The translations under genes and the position numbers were made by a program. Below are positions 1 to 14,173 of a DNA stretch of 64,000 nt, in pieces. The stretch is taken from assembly GCA_963847185.1 (NCBI GenBank), contig CAWJYV010000008.1, positions 1,102,009-1,166,008 on the forward strand, in the 5' to 3' direction. The DNA is from an uncultured Methanosarcinaceae archaeon. GTDB taxonomy: Archaea; Halobacteriota; Methanosarcinia; Methanosarcinales; Methanosarcinaceae. Under the pieces are notes generated by a model. It was not told the origin of the DNA, did no database searches, and worked only from the letters and a program-made list of their open reading frames with translations. The stretch's first letter is position 1; every line of letters begins with the position of its first letter.

Positions 1-1339
<1,339 letters not shown>

Positions 1340-1423
1340 AAGCACAAAACACACCAACCAGATGCCGATAAACCGAACAAAATCCTCAAACCAGAGATCC
1401 ATTGTGGATCTCTAGTCTCTCTC

Positions 1424-1496
1424 GGGCTTGTAGATCAGCTGGAAGATCGCTGCCTTTGCAAGGCAGAGGCCCTGGGTTCGAGTCCCAGCAAGTCCA
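1424..1496 (+). tRNA. tRNA-Ala(TGC) in the 16S-23S spacer
   Basis: GGGCTTG/CAAGTCC acceptor stem, anticodon arm CTGCC-TTTGCAA-GGCAG, GGTTCGAGTCC T-loop. Confidence 0.97.
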
Positions 1497-1564
1497 TTTT
1501 TGTGCACCCGGTAAGTAAATTATCGGGGAAGGACGGATCGCCTGTGCGGAACCGCAGGCTCATG

Positions 1565-1607
1565 AAGTCATGTATAGGTGCTGTATACTGGACGCTAACT
1601 GGACCTG
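1565..1607 (+). other. 5' strand of the pre-23S processing stem (bulge-helix-bulge type); pairs with 4523-4570
   Basis: AAGTCATGTATAGG..TGCTGTATACTGGA..CTGGACCTG is complementary to CAGGTCCAG..TCCAGTATGCAGCA..CCTATACATGACTT, with 3-nt bulges. Confidence 0.85.
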
Positions 1608-1626
1608 GTTAGGATATACAGGAATT

Positions 1627-4520
<2,894 letters not shown>

Positions 4521-4600
4521 ATCAGGTCCAGGCGAAATCCAGTATGCAGCACATATCCTATACATGACTTTTAGTCTTTCACAAAATCCTCTTTATATGT

Positions 4601-4729
4601 TGAGTGTGGCGGCCATAGCGTCAGGGCAACTCCTGTACCCATTCCGAACACAGCAGATAAGCCTGTCCACGTTCCTTACTGTACTGAAGTACGCGAGTCT
4701 TCGGGAACTCTGGATCGCTGCCATACTCA
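4601..4729 (+). rRNA. rrf: 5S rRNA
   Basis: TGAGTGTGGCGGCCATAGCG...CCCATTCCGAACAC...GATCGCTGCCATACTCA with paired ends. Confidence 0.96.
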
Positions 4730-4966
4730 CCTATAATACTTTATTCTAAATCTGTTCCATAATTAATGTTGAGTTAATTTTTGATTGTTTTTTCTTATTG
4801 ATTTTTCTGATTGAAGTTTACGTTCTATTTTGGTATCGTTTTACGCTCTTTTTAAACTGTTTCTTTTACAGCTTTTGATTCTTGATTTGTTTTGTCATTT
4901 TTTCCCGCTTTTGTTTCCACTCCGTCTTCTTAAACGTGTAAGGAGAATGAAATGAGTAAGCTGTAT

Positions 4967-5226
4967 CCATAAATTAGTCCTCTTGAGGTAGCGAAAAGGA
5001 TTCCGTGCTGTTACTATTACATTGCAATTCCCAGAAAATATCCTATTTCCTGTGATTCCGAAGTGGAACTCAGGAAGCAAAACTCAGAAAGCGAAACTCA
5101 GAAAGCGAAACTCGGGATTCTAAACCATAAATTAATCTGCTTGAGCGAAGCGAAACAGAATGCGTACTCTCGAGGCGCAATTCGGGTGGCGAAAAGGACC
5201 GCATACTTCCGAGGCGCAGTTCGGGT
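4967..5226. repeat. Dispersed modular intergenic repeat, copy 1 (related to 27651-27853)
   Basis: Shared blocks CCCAGAAAAT..ATTTCCTGTGAT.CCGAAG, GCGAAACTC, GGGATTCTAAA.CATAAATT, CTTGAGCGAAGCGAAA, CGCAATTCGGG. Confidence 0.85.
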
Positions 5227-5428
5227 TTTTGAACTGCGCTTATCTTAAAGCAGGCTGCGTTGTTTTTCAATGATTTTTTTATTCCATCCCTAGTGTCGCA
5301 TCAATCATCAAGGATTGAAAAATTATGAATGGATGCATCAGGAAAGTGCACATATTTCAGCTTTTTAAGACGACTGGAAATCTAAAAAAGATTATTAGTT
5401 TACGTCTAATTGAAAATAAGGTGGATAA

Positions 5429-6031
5429 TTATTCTCCCCGCAATTCAAGCCCTGCCTTAACTCCTCTCATAACCGCTCTTGTAATCTTTTTTCCAAATTC
5501 TGTACTCGATCCTGAGTAGGGAATTTCCTGCTTTTCTCTATTTTCCGGGTCAAGCTTTGAATCCGTTTCATAGGCAACAATCACGGCATCCGTATTCGTA
5601 CCCAGGAAATTATGTCCTTTCTCCAGAAGTGCGAGTCCTTTAGCTTCGGTGGCTGTTATAATTGCACCTAAGAGGGCAGTCTCGGATAGCCTTGCTGTCG
5701 AGACCAGAATTACATTTATGGTGCCTATATTTGTCCTGAATTCTGAGCCGTTACTTACACCAGCGGTTATAAAGGCTGTAAGATAGTTGTCCTCAATAAC
5801 TTGAAGGTATTCCATATTTACAGCTGTCAGGAGGCCGAAGTTAGGCTCATGAATTCCCAGTCCAAGGCCGGCTTCTTTCATAAACTCCTGGGTACTTGGA
5901 GGGTTAAAGGTTCTTGGAACCTGTTTGTTGAAAATATAATTCACCCGCGAACGGCCTCCATTTAAGCCTGTGCTCACGGCTTCGAAATAGCCTTCAATGA
6001 CAAGAGTGCTATCCTTTACATAGTAGTGCAT
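5429..6031 (-). CDS. cbiZ: Adenosylcobinamide amidohydrolase
   Basis: Motifs GLLTAV, ITAGVSN, GTINVI, ATEAK, GTNTDA typical of CbiZ. Confidence 0.88.
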   Translation of the reverse strand: MHYYVKDSTLVIEGYFEAVSTGLNGGRSRVNYIFNKQVPRTFNPPSTQEFMKEAGLGLGIHEPNFGLLTAVNMEYLQVIEDNYLTAFITAGVSNGSEFRTNIGTINVILVSTARLSETALLGAIITATEAKGLALLEKGHNFLGTNTDAVIVAYETDSKLDPENREKQEIPYSGSSTEFGKKITRAVMRGVKAGLELRGE

Positions 6032-6230
6032 GAGTAACTCCGTTTTTTCAGGGATAAAATGCTAAACAGTACTCTCCGAAATAATACTTACTAGGAATAA
6101 GTTTGTATCTGTCAAGTTTTTTTTAATTTGATTCTTGCAAAAAAATGTTTACTTACTTGTGTCAGGAGTTTTGTTCGGGTGCATGAACTCCTGCTAGATT
6201 CCGGACAGATTTCAAGAGATTTCATACACT

Positions 6231-6524
6231 TTATATGTTTCCAGAGGTTGCGTTTCGCAAGCAGGTTTCCCAGTCTTCTGGATGGTCTGTATTATCACAC
6301 TGCCATTCAAATTCACGCCTTGCAAGCCTGATTGTTGCCCGTGCTCTTTTGAGTGGGATTAGCTCCTTTCCGACATCTCCTACACCACCGACATCCAGAC
6401 AGCTTACAATATCAATCATAAAATGTTCCAGAATTTCTGGTGGTATTGATTCGTTCCTTGCATGTAGTTTTGTGCATTTAGCGAGATATTCTGCAAGTAC
6501 ACTGATCAATTTCTCGTCACGCAT
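6231..6524 (-). CDS. Hypothetical protein (97 aa, possibly truncated)
   Basis: ATG preceded by AAGGAGAG RBS; protein-like composition; no recognised domain. Confidence 0.55.
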   Translation of the reverse strand: MRDEKLISVLAEYLAKCTKLHARNESIPPEILEHFMIDIVSCLDVGGVGDVGKELIPLKRARATIRLARREFEWQCDNTDHPEDWETCLRNATSGNI

Positions 6525-6873
6525 GGTCTATCTCTCCTTTGAATGATAAGTGCGCAATCAACTTTATTACACGACTTTAAATTCTGGAAAATCATAATTA
6601 AACTGTATAAAAACGTATAAATATCTTCCTTAACTCATATCAGAATATCTTATATCCATATTTCCCAAGAACTATGCCTAAAACAGCAATTAACTTATTC
6701 TTTTTTTGGGGTTTAAAGGTTTCTAAATTGTTGCACTTGGGATGATTTCTACAGTGTTTTTGAGCTTACCTTCAAGTTTTACCTCACTGAAAACTTTTTG
6801 TTATGGAAACGTTAACAATATAACATTAGACAATCTGAGATAAGACACAACTAAAAACTTGAGGGTGCTGTAG

Positions 6874-7502
6874 ATGTCAAAGTTAGACTTAAAAAAGGAA
6901 AATAAAGAACTGTATAATCCATCCGCAAAAGCCGTTTCGATCGCAGATGTTCCTGAAATGAATTTTCTGATGATAGATGGCGAAGGAGACCCAAATACTT
7001 CGCATGAATATCAAGCTGCAATAGAAGCATTGTTTTCAGTATCTTTTAAAGTTAATTCATCTCTGAAAAAGAAAATTCTCAGGACTATGTTGTAATGCCT
7101 CTTGAAGGGCTTTGGTGGGCTGAAAATATGGAGGATTTCAGCATTAAAGACAAAAAAACTTGGAAATGGACCTCAATGGTAAGGCAACCCGATTTTATTA
7201 CGAAAAAAATGATCGAAAAAGCTATAGAAGAAGCAGGTAAAAAGAAAAATTTGCCTGCACTTTCCAGAATAAGGTTTCAAAATCTTCATGAAGGATTATC
7301 AGCTCATATAATGCACATTGGTCCCTACTCTGACGAAGGTCAGACTATAGAGAAACTACATAATTTTATTGAAGAGAGTGGTTATGAATTTGATGGCAGC
7401 AGGCCTGGTGAGAGGCATCACGAAATATACTTAAGTGACGCACGAAGAACTAAACCTGATAAACTTAAAACTATTATAAGGCAACCAGTAAAAAATAAAT
7501 AA
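6874..7502 (+). pseudogene. GyrI-like small-molecule-binding protein, frameshifted near 7054
   Basis: N-half MSKLDLKKENKELY..FLMIDGEGDPN and C-half DYVVMPLEGLWW..HIGPY..HHEIYLSD join if one A is added at GTT AA TTC. Confidence 0.85.
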
Positions 7503-7787
7503 TAAAAATAAGGAGTTCATGAAAAATAAAATGGTTCATAAAAAATAAGAATAAAATGATGAATATATTTCTGTATTTTTCTGTCAGTTCGGAGAGGTTA
7601 ATGCGGGCAGCAAAGCAGGATACTTCATCTATTTACTGAAAGGTCAATTCTAAGAAGTTAAGGTTTATTTTTCAGAAAATATGTTTCAAAATCAATTTAT
7701 ATCTCGAATTATTATTCTTAAGAGTTATTATAAAAGCAAGATTTATTTTTTTCCAATATTATTTCATTACAAGGGGAGTGTTGGCTC

Positions 7788-9281
7788 GTGAAAGGGAGGA
7801 TTATCCAGTCTATTTGTATTATTTTTTTGTATATGCTTGTGGTAGCAGTAACTCAGGCAGGTGCTACAATTATTATTGTAGATATTAATGGAGAGGGAAA
7901 TTATAGCTCGATTCAAGAAGCCATTAACAGTGCACAAAATGGAGATACAATTCTTGTAGGTTCGGGAATATATCATGAAAATATAAAAGTGAATAAAGAA
8001 CTCACAATTCTCTCAAGTTCAAGCCTCTCAGGCAGCCAGACTCGGACTTATGTTATTGGTGCAGTTCCAGAATATAATGTTTTTGATATTTATACAAGTA
8101 ATGTGACAATAGACGGTTTTTGTATCTCAGGAGGCTCACTGGGAACTGATTGGCACAGATCAGGGATCTACCTTGAAGGAGTGAAAAACTGCTCATTAAA
8201 CAACAACACTCTAATACAGAATAATTGGGGTATTTCTCTCAATGGTTCTCAAGGTAATTATATTTTCAGTAATCTGGTAAGCCTCGGAAGTTACGGAATC
8301 TCTCTTGTTGATTCTGAAGAAAATGTATTGTCAAATAATCTTGCGATTTCAAATGACCGGGGAATTTCACTGAATAACTCGGTTAATAATACTATTGTTA
8401 ATAACACTGCAAGTTTAAATGCAATTGGAATTTTTCTGGAAATTTCTCAAATGAATATGCTTGCTCATAATCTTATTTCTAAAAACAAATATGGAACTCT
8501 TTGCCAGGCCTCGGAGTTCAACACTTTGATCAATAACAGTCTTTATCTTAATGATATTGGAGTGCACTTCAATGAATCATCTAACAATGCAGTTTACCAG
8601 AATGAGTTAATTAATTTGGTTAACGCTATGGATGAGGAAAATAACTCCTGGAACAGTAGCTCGACAGGGAATTTCTGGAATGACTATACAGGACAGGATG
8701 CTGACAGAAATAGTATAGGCGATATTCCATACGCTATCAACCAGACAACCAGAAGTATGGATTATATGCCTCTAGTGAATGAGACTTTTTCAGACAACAA
8801 CTATGAAAGAGTAATCTATAACAATAATTTCATCTTTTTATTAAATGAAAAAATTTTTACGAGGTCTCAGAATACCCTGGAAGAAGGTATTGTTATCGAA
8901 GCAACTGAACTTGGGCAGATAAATACGTCTCTTCAGGAAGGCCCGGTTTTTTTGAGACTTGGAGCTGAGTGGTGTCCGATGTGCCAGTCTATGAAACCCA
9001 TCGTTAAAGAATTGGCAGCAGAATATGGGGGAAAAGTTACTGTAATGTCCGTAAATCTTAATCAGAATCCTGAATTTTCAACTTATTTCGGAGTTGATTA
9101 TATTCCTGATTCCTTCGTAATCGTAGGCATTGAAAACGGGCAATACATTTACATGCAAGAGAATGGGAATGTTACTACAGATCGTTTTAAGGCTAGAATT
9201 GTCGGACTCAGGGATAAAGAAGCATTTGAAAAACTTCTGAATCTTTCTCTTCTCAATAAAAATAAAGATAAATCCACGTAA
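7788..9281 (+). CDS. Secreted NosD/CASH parallel beta-helix protein fused to a C-terminal thioredoxin domain
   Basis: Signal peptide; YSSIQEAINSA..GDTILV..GIYHEN; N-rich GI.L..S.NN repeats; GNFWNDY..D..GD.PY..D..PL; C-terminal GAEWCPMC. Confidence 0.88.
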   Translation: MKGRIIQSICIIFLYMLVVAVTQAGATIIIVDINGEGNYSSIQEAINSAQNGDTILVGSGIYHENIKVNKELTILSSSSLSGSQTRTYVIGAVPEYNVFDIYTSNVTIDGFCISGGSLGTDWHRSGIYLEGVKNCSLNNNTLIQNNWGISLNGSQGNYIFSNLVSLGSYGISLVDSEENVLSNNLAISNDRGISLNNSVNNTIVNNTASLNAIGIFLEISQMNMLAHNLISKNKYGTLCQASEFNTLINNSLYLNDIGVHFNESSNNAVYQNELINLVNAMDEENNSWNSSSTGNFWNDYTGQDADRNSIGDIPYAINQTTRSMDYMPLVNETFSDNNYERVIYNNNFIFLLNEKIFTRSQNTLEEGIVIEATELGQINTSLQEGPVFLRLGAEWCPMCQSMKPIVKELAAEYGGKVTVMSVNLNQNPEFSTYFGVDYIPDSFVIVGIENGQYIYMQENGNVTTDRFKARIVGLRDKEAFEKLLNLSLLNKNKDKST

Positions 9282-10577
9282 AAAGAACTGAGCAATACAA
9301 AAATTCATAAAGACTAAAATAGAAAATAGTCCGAAAGGATCTCACTTATCATTTCTGCATTAGACGATCAGGCAAGGACAGTTTGTTATATGGTCCTAGG
9401 AGTCTCTTAGATTCAATGTTGATCAGCTTTAATCAAATTATATTCAAATGCTCTTAAAAAGGTCTGAATATTTTTTAATCGTCCATTTTTTTTCTAATTT
9501 TTAGAAAGTCCTTAAATTTCCCGAATTTATAGGCTATTTAAAATAGGCTTTTTCAGCTTTCAACCTTAATTTTGAGTTTGTGGAAATTTCGGGCAATGTA
9601 ACTCAAACTTCCAAAAGTTTTTTAAACAATTAAATCGTTAACAGTTTTTGCGAGAAAAGAGAAAGTTATCCCCTCCATGTTCTCTTTTCTTTTTCCTTTT
9701 TCGTCTTCATTTCAGTCAGAAATCTGTAACATAAACGACCTGGATCCAGTTTCAAATATGTTTTTTCATTCTTTCTGTTTTCATTCCTCTCCTATTTCTT
9801 TTCTAAATTCTGTATAATCTCTCTCGATTTCTTCAAGTTCGTATTCCATTTTATACCTCCATTTTGAATTGAAAATATTGAAATTTTTCTACAGGGCTCA
9901 CACGGTTGAACAGGGAATTTTTGTTTCATCAAAGGTTACATAGCTTTTAAGAAAACCATGTAAAGTTTATTTCAGTCGAGTACCCGCTAGCTTGCTGCGA
10001 GGTACGTCACCACAACTTTGATTTGAAGATTTTTTCATCCGCTTTTTCTTTTATCTTGGGTCTTTTTATTGAATCTAAGTTCCTTAACTTTCCATCGGAA
10101 ATAGGTATCCTTCTTCCTATTTAATTATATAACTAATTTTTCATTATTTTTCTTAATTCAACAGAAATATTTCTTATACAGAAAACAAATTGCAATTAAT
10201 TTAACGTAGTTCAAACTCTAATTTATTATTTTTTTCATAAAACTATATTTTTTTACTAATGATATATTTATCTATTTATTTTATAACTCGACAACCATAT
10301 ATATCACAAAAGGCATAGGGTTTTATGCAACTGTAATATATTTCGAAATTTTCACTAAAAGTGTCAAAACCGATGTAAAAGTAAATAGATAAAAAAGAAG
10401 TGTTCTTAGTGTCCTTTGTTTGAAGTAGAATAATATTCTTGCATGTAAGGAAACAGGAAATGAATGCCTTAGTAAATCTCCAAAATTTAGGAAGTATATT
10501 TTTCCATTTGTTTACATGGATATAACTCCCTTCTTTCATAGAGGGAAAAACAATCTTAACTCAACTCTATAAATGTA

Positions 10578-11243
10578 GTGCGTTTCTACAGAGAATCTCA
10601 CGTAAGTGAATTGAAGGGGAAACAAATGTATACTTCGTTAATAATGCTACAAGCCACGGAACTTAACACAATCCTTCCTCAAATAGACGACCTTGCAAAA
10701 AATAGTAATTTAAATAGAGCGGATATAATAAGGAACACACTTTATCAATATTTTGAATATACAGCATCTGAAAGACCATCAACGCAAAAGGAGCAAGAGC
10801 GTAATAAAGAAATTAGTTTACAACTGACGTTACATGATAAATATATCCTCGTTTTTCTTGATGTCTATTTCCAGAGTAAATATTTAGGTACCAGCTCTTT
10901 CAGGCGCATGATTACTGCTATCAATATACTTAACAAATCTTTTATCTATGGTTCTCCATTTAATACCTTAGCCGGAAAGCAATCAAAGTATCCATTCGAT
11001 CCTCAAACTTGTAACAATTATGAGGAAGTCCTTAATGATGCGTTCAATCGGTCTTGGAGCAACATTTGTAAGCAGGACTTGAAGCTTCTCAGTAATTTCT
11101 ATTTCTTTTATAAGACCAAGAGGAGGAATGGGACAATGACCAGGAGAAATGGGATCATAGGTTCAAAAAGAGAGACGATTATAAGAATTGGATTGAAAGA
11201 TATGATAAATAGACAAAACGCTATGATAAGCATTTCCATGTGA
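10578..11243 (+). CDS. Hypothetical protein with N-terminal ribbon-helix-helix (CopG-like) motif
   Basis: ILPQIDDLAKNSNLNRADIIRNTLYQYF matches the RHH pattern; true start probably ATG 10626 after a GGGGA RBS. Confidence 0.6.
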   Translation: MRFYRESHVSELKGKQMYTSLIMLQATELNTILPQIDDLAKNSNLNRADIIRNTLYQYFEYTASERPSTQKEQERNKEISLQLTLHDKYILVFLDVYFQSKYLGTSSFRRMITAINILNKSFIYGSPFNTLAGKQSKYPFDPQTCNNYEEVLNDAFNRSWSNICKQDLKLLSNFYFFYKTKRRNGTMTRRNGIIGSKRETIIRIGLKDMINRQNAMISISM

Positions 11244-11605
11244 GCAGAAAGTCAGGACTGAAATAAGACTTAAGCTTTTTATGGTGTTTTTAGGTTCTTA
11301 AAAACTAGCATTAGTTAACTGATAATGACCGTTTTCCATAAAGTCCAGAAACAATCAAAATATTTTAATTTTTTGTTAAATTCAGTTGTTTTGTACAAAA
11401 TAACTTCCTGTGAAAACTTAATATTTTTACTCTTTTCCAGTTTTTCCAGGCAGGTTCTAAGACTAAAGCAGATGTAATAAACATTATAATTATATTTGGG
11501 AAATTTCAGAAAAATATTTGGTTGAAAAAGAAATATCTGAATTCAAAAAAGAAAGGGAAATAATCCCTGTTAATTATTCAAACTTTAGGCGATTTCTGCT
11601 CCTCT

Positions 11606-13369
11606 TTAAGTTCCATTTGTTTTTGTCCCATTAATCAGTGAAAGCACTTCAGAAGGAATATATACCTTACTGGTTACTGGAACATAGACAACTGTTCCAT
11701 TGAGTTCATGAGCTACCCCGTCCTTGATAAAAATATTTTTGTTCACTGGCAATTCAGAGTCTCCTATTCTCAGTACAGGGTTAGAGGAGTTTGTCATATC
11801 CAGCAAATACTCATTTTCATTCAGTTTCCCATCTCCTTCATCTTTGGAGAAAACCTCACCTACTTCGATAAATAGACATGAGTTGGTCTTGTTCAGGTCA
11901 AATCCGAGTACTTTAGCGATATATCCTGCAATCTCGGTATTATCCATATATCCTGAAGGGCGATCAGGGCCGTAAGTCCACAGAGGGACATCTTCACCAC
12001 AGTGTCCGTGAGTGGTCCATCCGATAACGGTGTGATTCCGACTGATTACTTCGCTGATTGCATAGTCGAGTGAAAGACCTTCTCCATTATTATAGAGCTC
12101 AAGAATTTCAGTTACATCATCATCTGTTGCATCAATGCCCCACCAGTTCTTTAGCTTGGCTTTAATGTTTTCGGAGGAGATATCTGTTCCTATTTTTTCC
12201 GCAACGCCTCCAGAACTGAGCTTCATACCTTTAAGAGGATCAATAACGTCTTCTATGGTTGTAGCTGTATAATTGGAATCAGAACTACTGCCTATGGTCA
12301 TCCCGCCTGTATTATGGTCCGGGAAAGCAAGGACAAGGGTATGCCCATCTTTTTCTGCAAACTCAACTGCAACCTTAACAGCTTCGTCAAAAGCCAGAAA
12401 ATCCGTAACAGCATAAGCAGGGTCATTGGCATGATTTGCCCAATCTACCTGACTGCCTTCTACCATAAGGAAGAACCCATCTTTGTCCTGAGATAGTAGC
12501 TCGACGGCCTTTTCTGTCATCTCTGCAAGAGAGGGCTCTTCAGGTGCAAGTTCGACACGGTCAATATCCGGTGCCATATGACTGCTGGCAAAAAGTCCCC
12601 ACGCTTTTCCAGAGGACATATTTAATATTTCATCTCTGCTGTCAATATACTGGTAGCCTCTATCAAGAAGCACTTTTGTCAGGTTTTCTCCATCAGTCCG
12701 TTTTCCTCCTTCAGCTTCAGGCACGAGATGGCGGGAACCTCCTCCGAATACTACATCAATATCTTCGTAGACCATCTGTTCCATAATCTCGTTTTCATTA
12801 TCCCTGTTGTCAACGTGAGCAGCAAATGCTGCGGGTGTAGCATGGCTGACACGAGAGGTTGCAACTAGCCCTGTAGCTTTACCTGCAATTTTTGATCCTT
12901 CAAGCACTGTTGCAAGCGGTTTGTATTGCAATTCTTCGGAAGGGCTTTCTAACATACTTAGAACAGAAGTATTGCTTGGGCCGACACTTACAAAGCCATT
13001 GGTTGTCTTATATCCAGTGGCAAAAGCAGTTGCAGCTGATGAGGAATCGGTAATAACCGAGTCAGTGCTGTAGGTAGATACTGATCCAGCCACCATTTCA
13101 TCAAGCGTCAGAGAACTTCCACCGTACCATCGGGATAGGGTCTGGACACTCTGAGAACAGCCATCAGGGACAAGAATGATCACGTTTTTAATTTCAGCTT
13201 CCGATTCTAAACAAGATTTGCAGTCGGCGGAATCAGTGAGATCAGTATAATTACCTGAATAATCTTCATCACTCAAATTGCCTTCCACAGCTACCGCAGA
13301 ACCAACATTTCCTAGCAGCAGAAGCCCTATAATAAGGGTTAGTAAAATGTCTGTTTCTTTAGCTTCCAT
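11606..13369 (-). CDS. phoA: Alkaline phosphatase (secreted)
   Basis: NVIILVPDG, ITDSSSAATA catalytic Ser, SHATPAA, VEGSQVDWANH, PDHNTGG; signal peptide; start at 13369 after a GAGGT RBS. Confidence 0.95.
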   Translation of the reverse strand: MEAKETDILLTLIIGLLLLGNVGSAVAVEGNLSDEDYSGNYTDLTDSADCKSCLESEAEIKNVIILVPDGCSQSVQTLSRWYGGSSLTLDEMVAGSVSTYSTDSVITDSSSAATAFATGYKTTNGFVSVGPSNTSVLSMLESPSEELQYKPLATVLEGSKIAGKATGLVATSRVSHATPAAFAAHVDNRDNENEIMEQMVYEDIDVVFGGGSRHLVPEAEGGKRTDGENLTKVLLDRGYQYIDSRDEILNMSSGKAWGLFASSHMAPDIDRVELAPEEPSLAEMTEKAVELLSQDKDGFFLMVEGSQVDWANHANDPAYAVTDFLAFDEAVKVAVEFAEKDGHTLVLAFPDHNTGGMTIGSSSDSNYTATTIEDVIDPLKGMKLSSGGVAEKIGTDISSENIKAKLKNWWGIDATDDDVTEILELYNNGEGLSLDYAISEVISRNHTVIGWTTHGHCGEDVPLWTYGPDRPSGYMDNTEIAGYIAKVLGFDLNKTNSCLFIEVGEVFSKDEGDGKLNENEYLLDMTNSSNPVLRIGDSELPVNKNIFIKDGVAHELNGTVVYVPVTSKVYIPSEVLSLINGTKTNGT

Positions 13370-13844
13370 GAAAACTACCTCTAACTGAGGGCATATTTTT
13401 AAGAGTATGTTCAGTCTCAAACCATACTCAGATTTTTTACCTCATTTTTAAAGAAGTAGCCACCTGTATTTGAATTTTTCACATATATAATATATATCAC
13501 CTTATATCTTATATGTAAAAAGTATTACTATATGGCACTATTTTTCGGTGCCAGGTGTTTGCCAAAATATTTACCTTATATATTTCACTTACGCGTTGCT
13601 AGTTCCACTAATTGTAAGCAAAAAATAACGCTCTAGCCTACAAAAATAGCCTACAAAAATTCCACTTAATAGACGAAGAAAATTGGGATTCTCAAAATGC
13701 GAAACAATAATAACTAACGAAATATTCATTTTTAAACATAAATCAAGAGTACCTTGTTAGTTCATTAAATACTTATTTTTACGGCTAATTATCAAAATCC
13801 GATGAAAATAAAATTGAAAACCACTGGATTTTGTAAATGGCTAT

Positions 13845-13976
13845 CATTTGGATTCGGTTAAGGAACAAAAAGTCAAAAAATACTATTTTTTATGCAACAT
13901 CTAAGAGAATTCTCTTGGAAAATCACTATACGTGGTATTCGAAGTTTGCATAAAATTCGTTAACCGAATCCAAATG
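13845..13976. mobile_element. MITE-like element with 17-bp perfect inverted termini
   Basis: CATTTGGATTCGGTTAA (13845-13861) / TTAACCGAATCCAAATG (13960-13976), plus internal TTTTATGCAA/TTGCATAAAA inverted repeat; no coding capacity. Confidence 0.55.
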
Positions 13977-14060
13977 TACTGATATTAGGTATCAAGTTTT
14001 CCTGCGAAAAAATTTAGAAGAGGCATACTTCTTAAACTAAGAACTATCCCTGAAAAGGGT

Positions 14061-14131
14061 ATATAAGGAAAAGTATAATGACCGAAGAACATGATTGAGA
14101 AAAGAACCGGTTCGGTCATTTTTTCCTTATA
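14061..14131 (-). terminator. Long stem-loop 3' of pstS (terminator or stabiliser)
   Basis: ATATAAGGAAAA..AATGACCGAA / TTCGGTCATT.TTTTCCTTATAT inverted repeat ~45 bp after the pstS stop. Confidence 0.5.
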
Positions 14132-14173
14132 TTTCCTGTTAAAACATTTTTTTCCTTTAAGCCGTTTTTAGAA

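Noticed and set aside
4895-5270. Small ORFs over the dispersed repeat (also 27710-27892)
   Set aside because: Translations of repeat DNA on both strands
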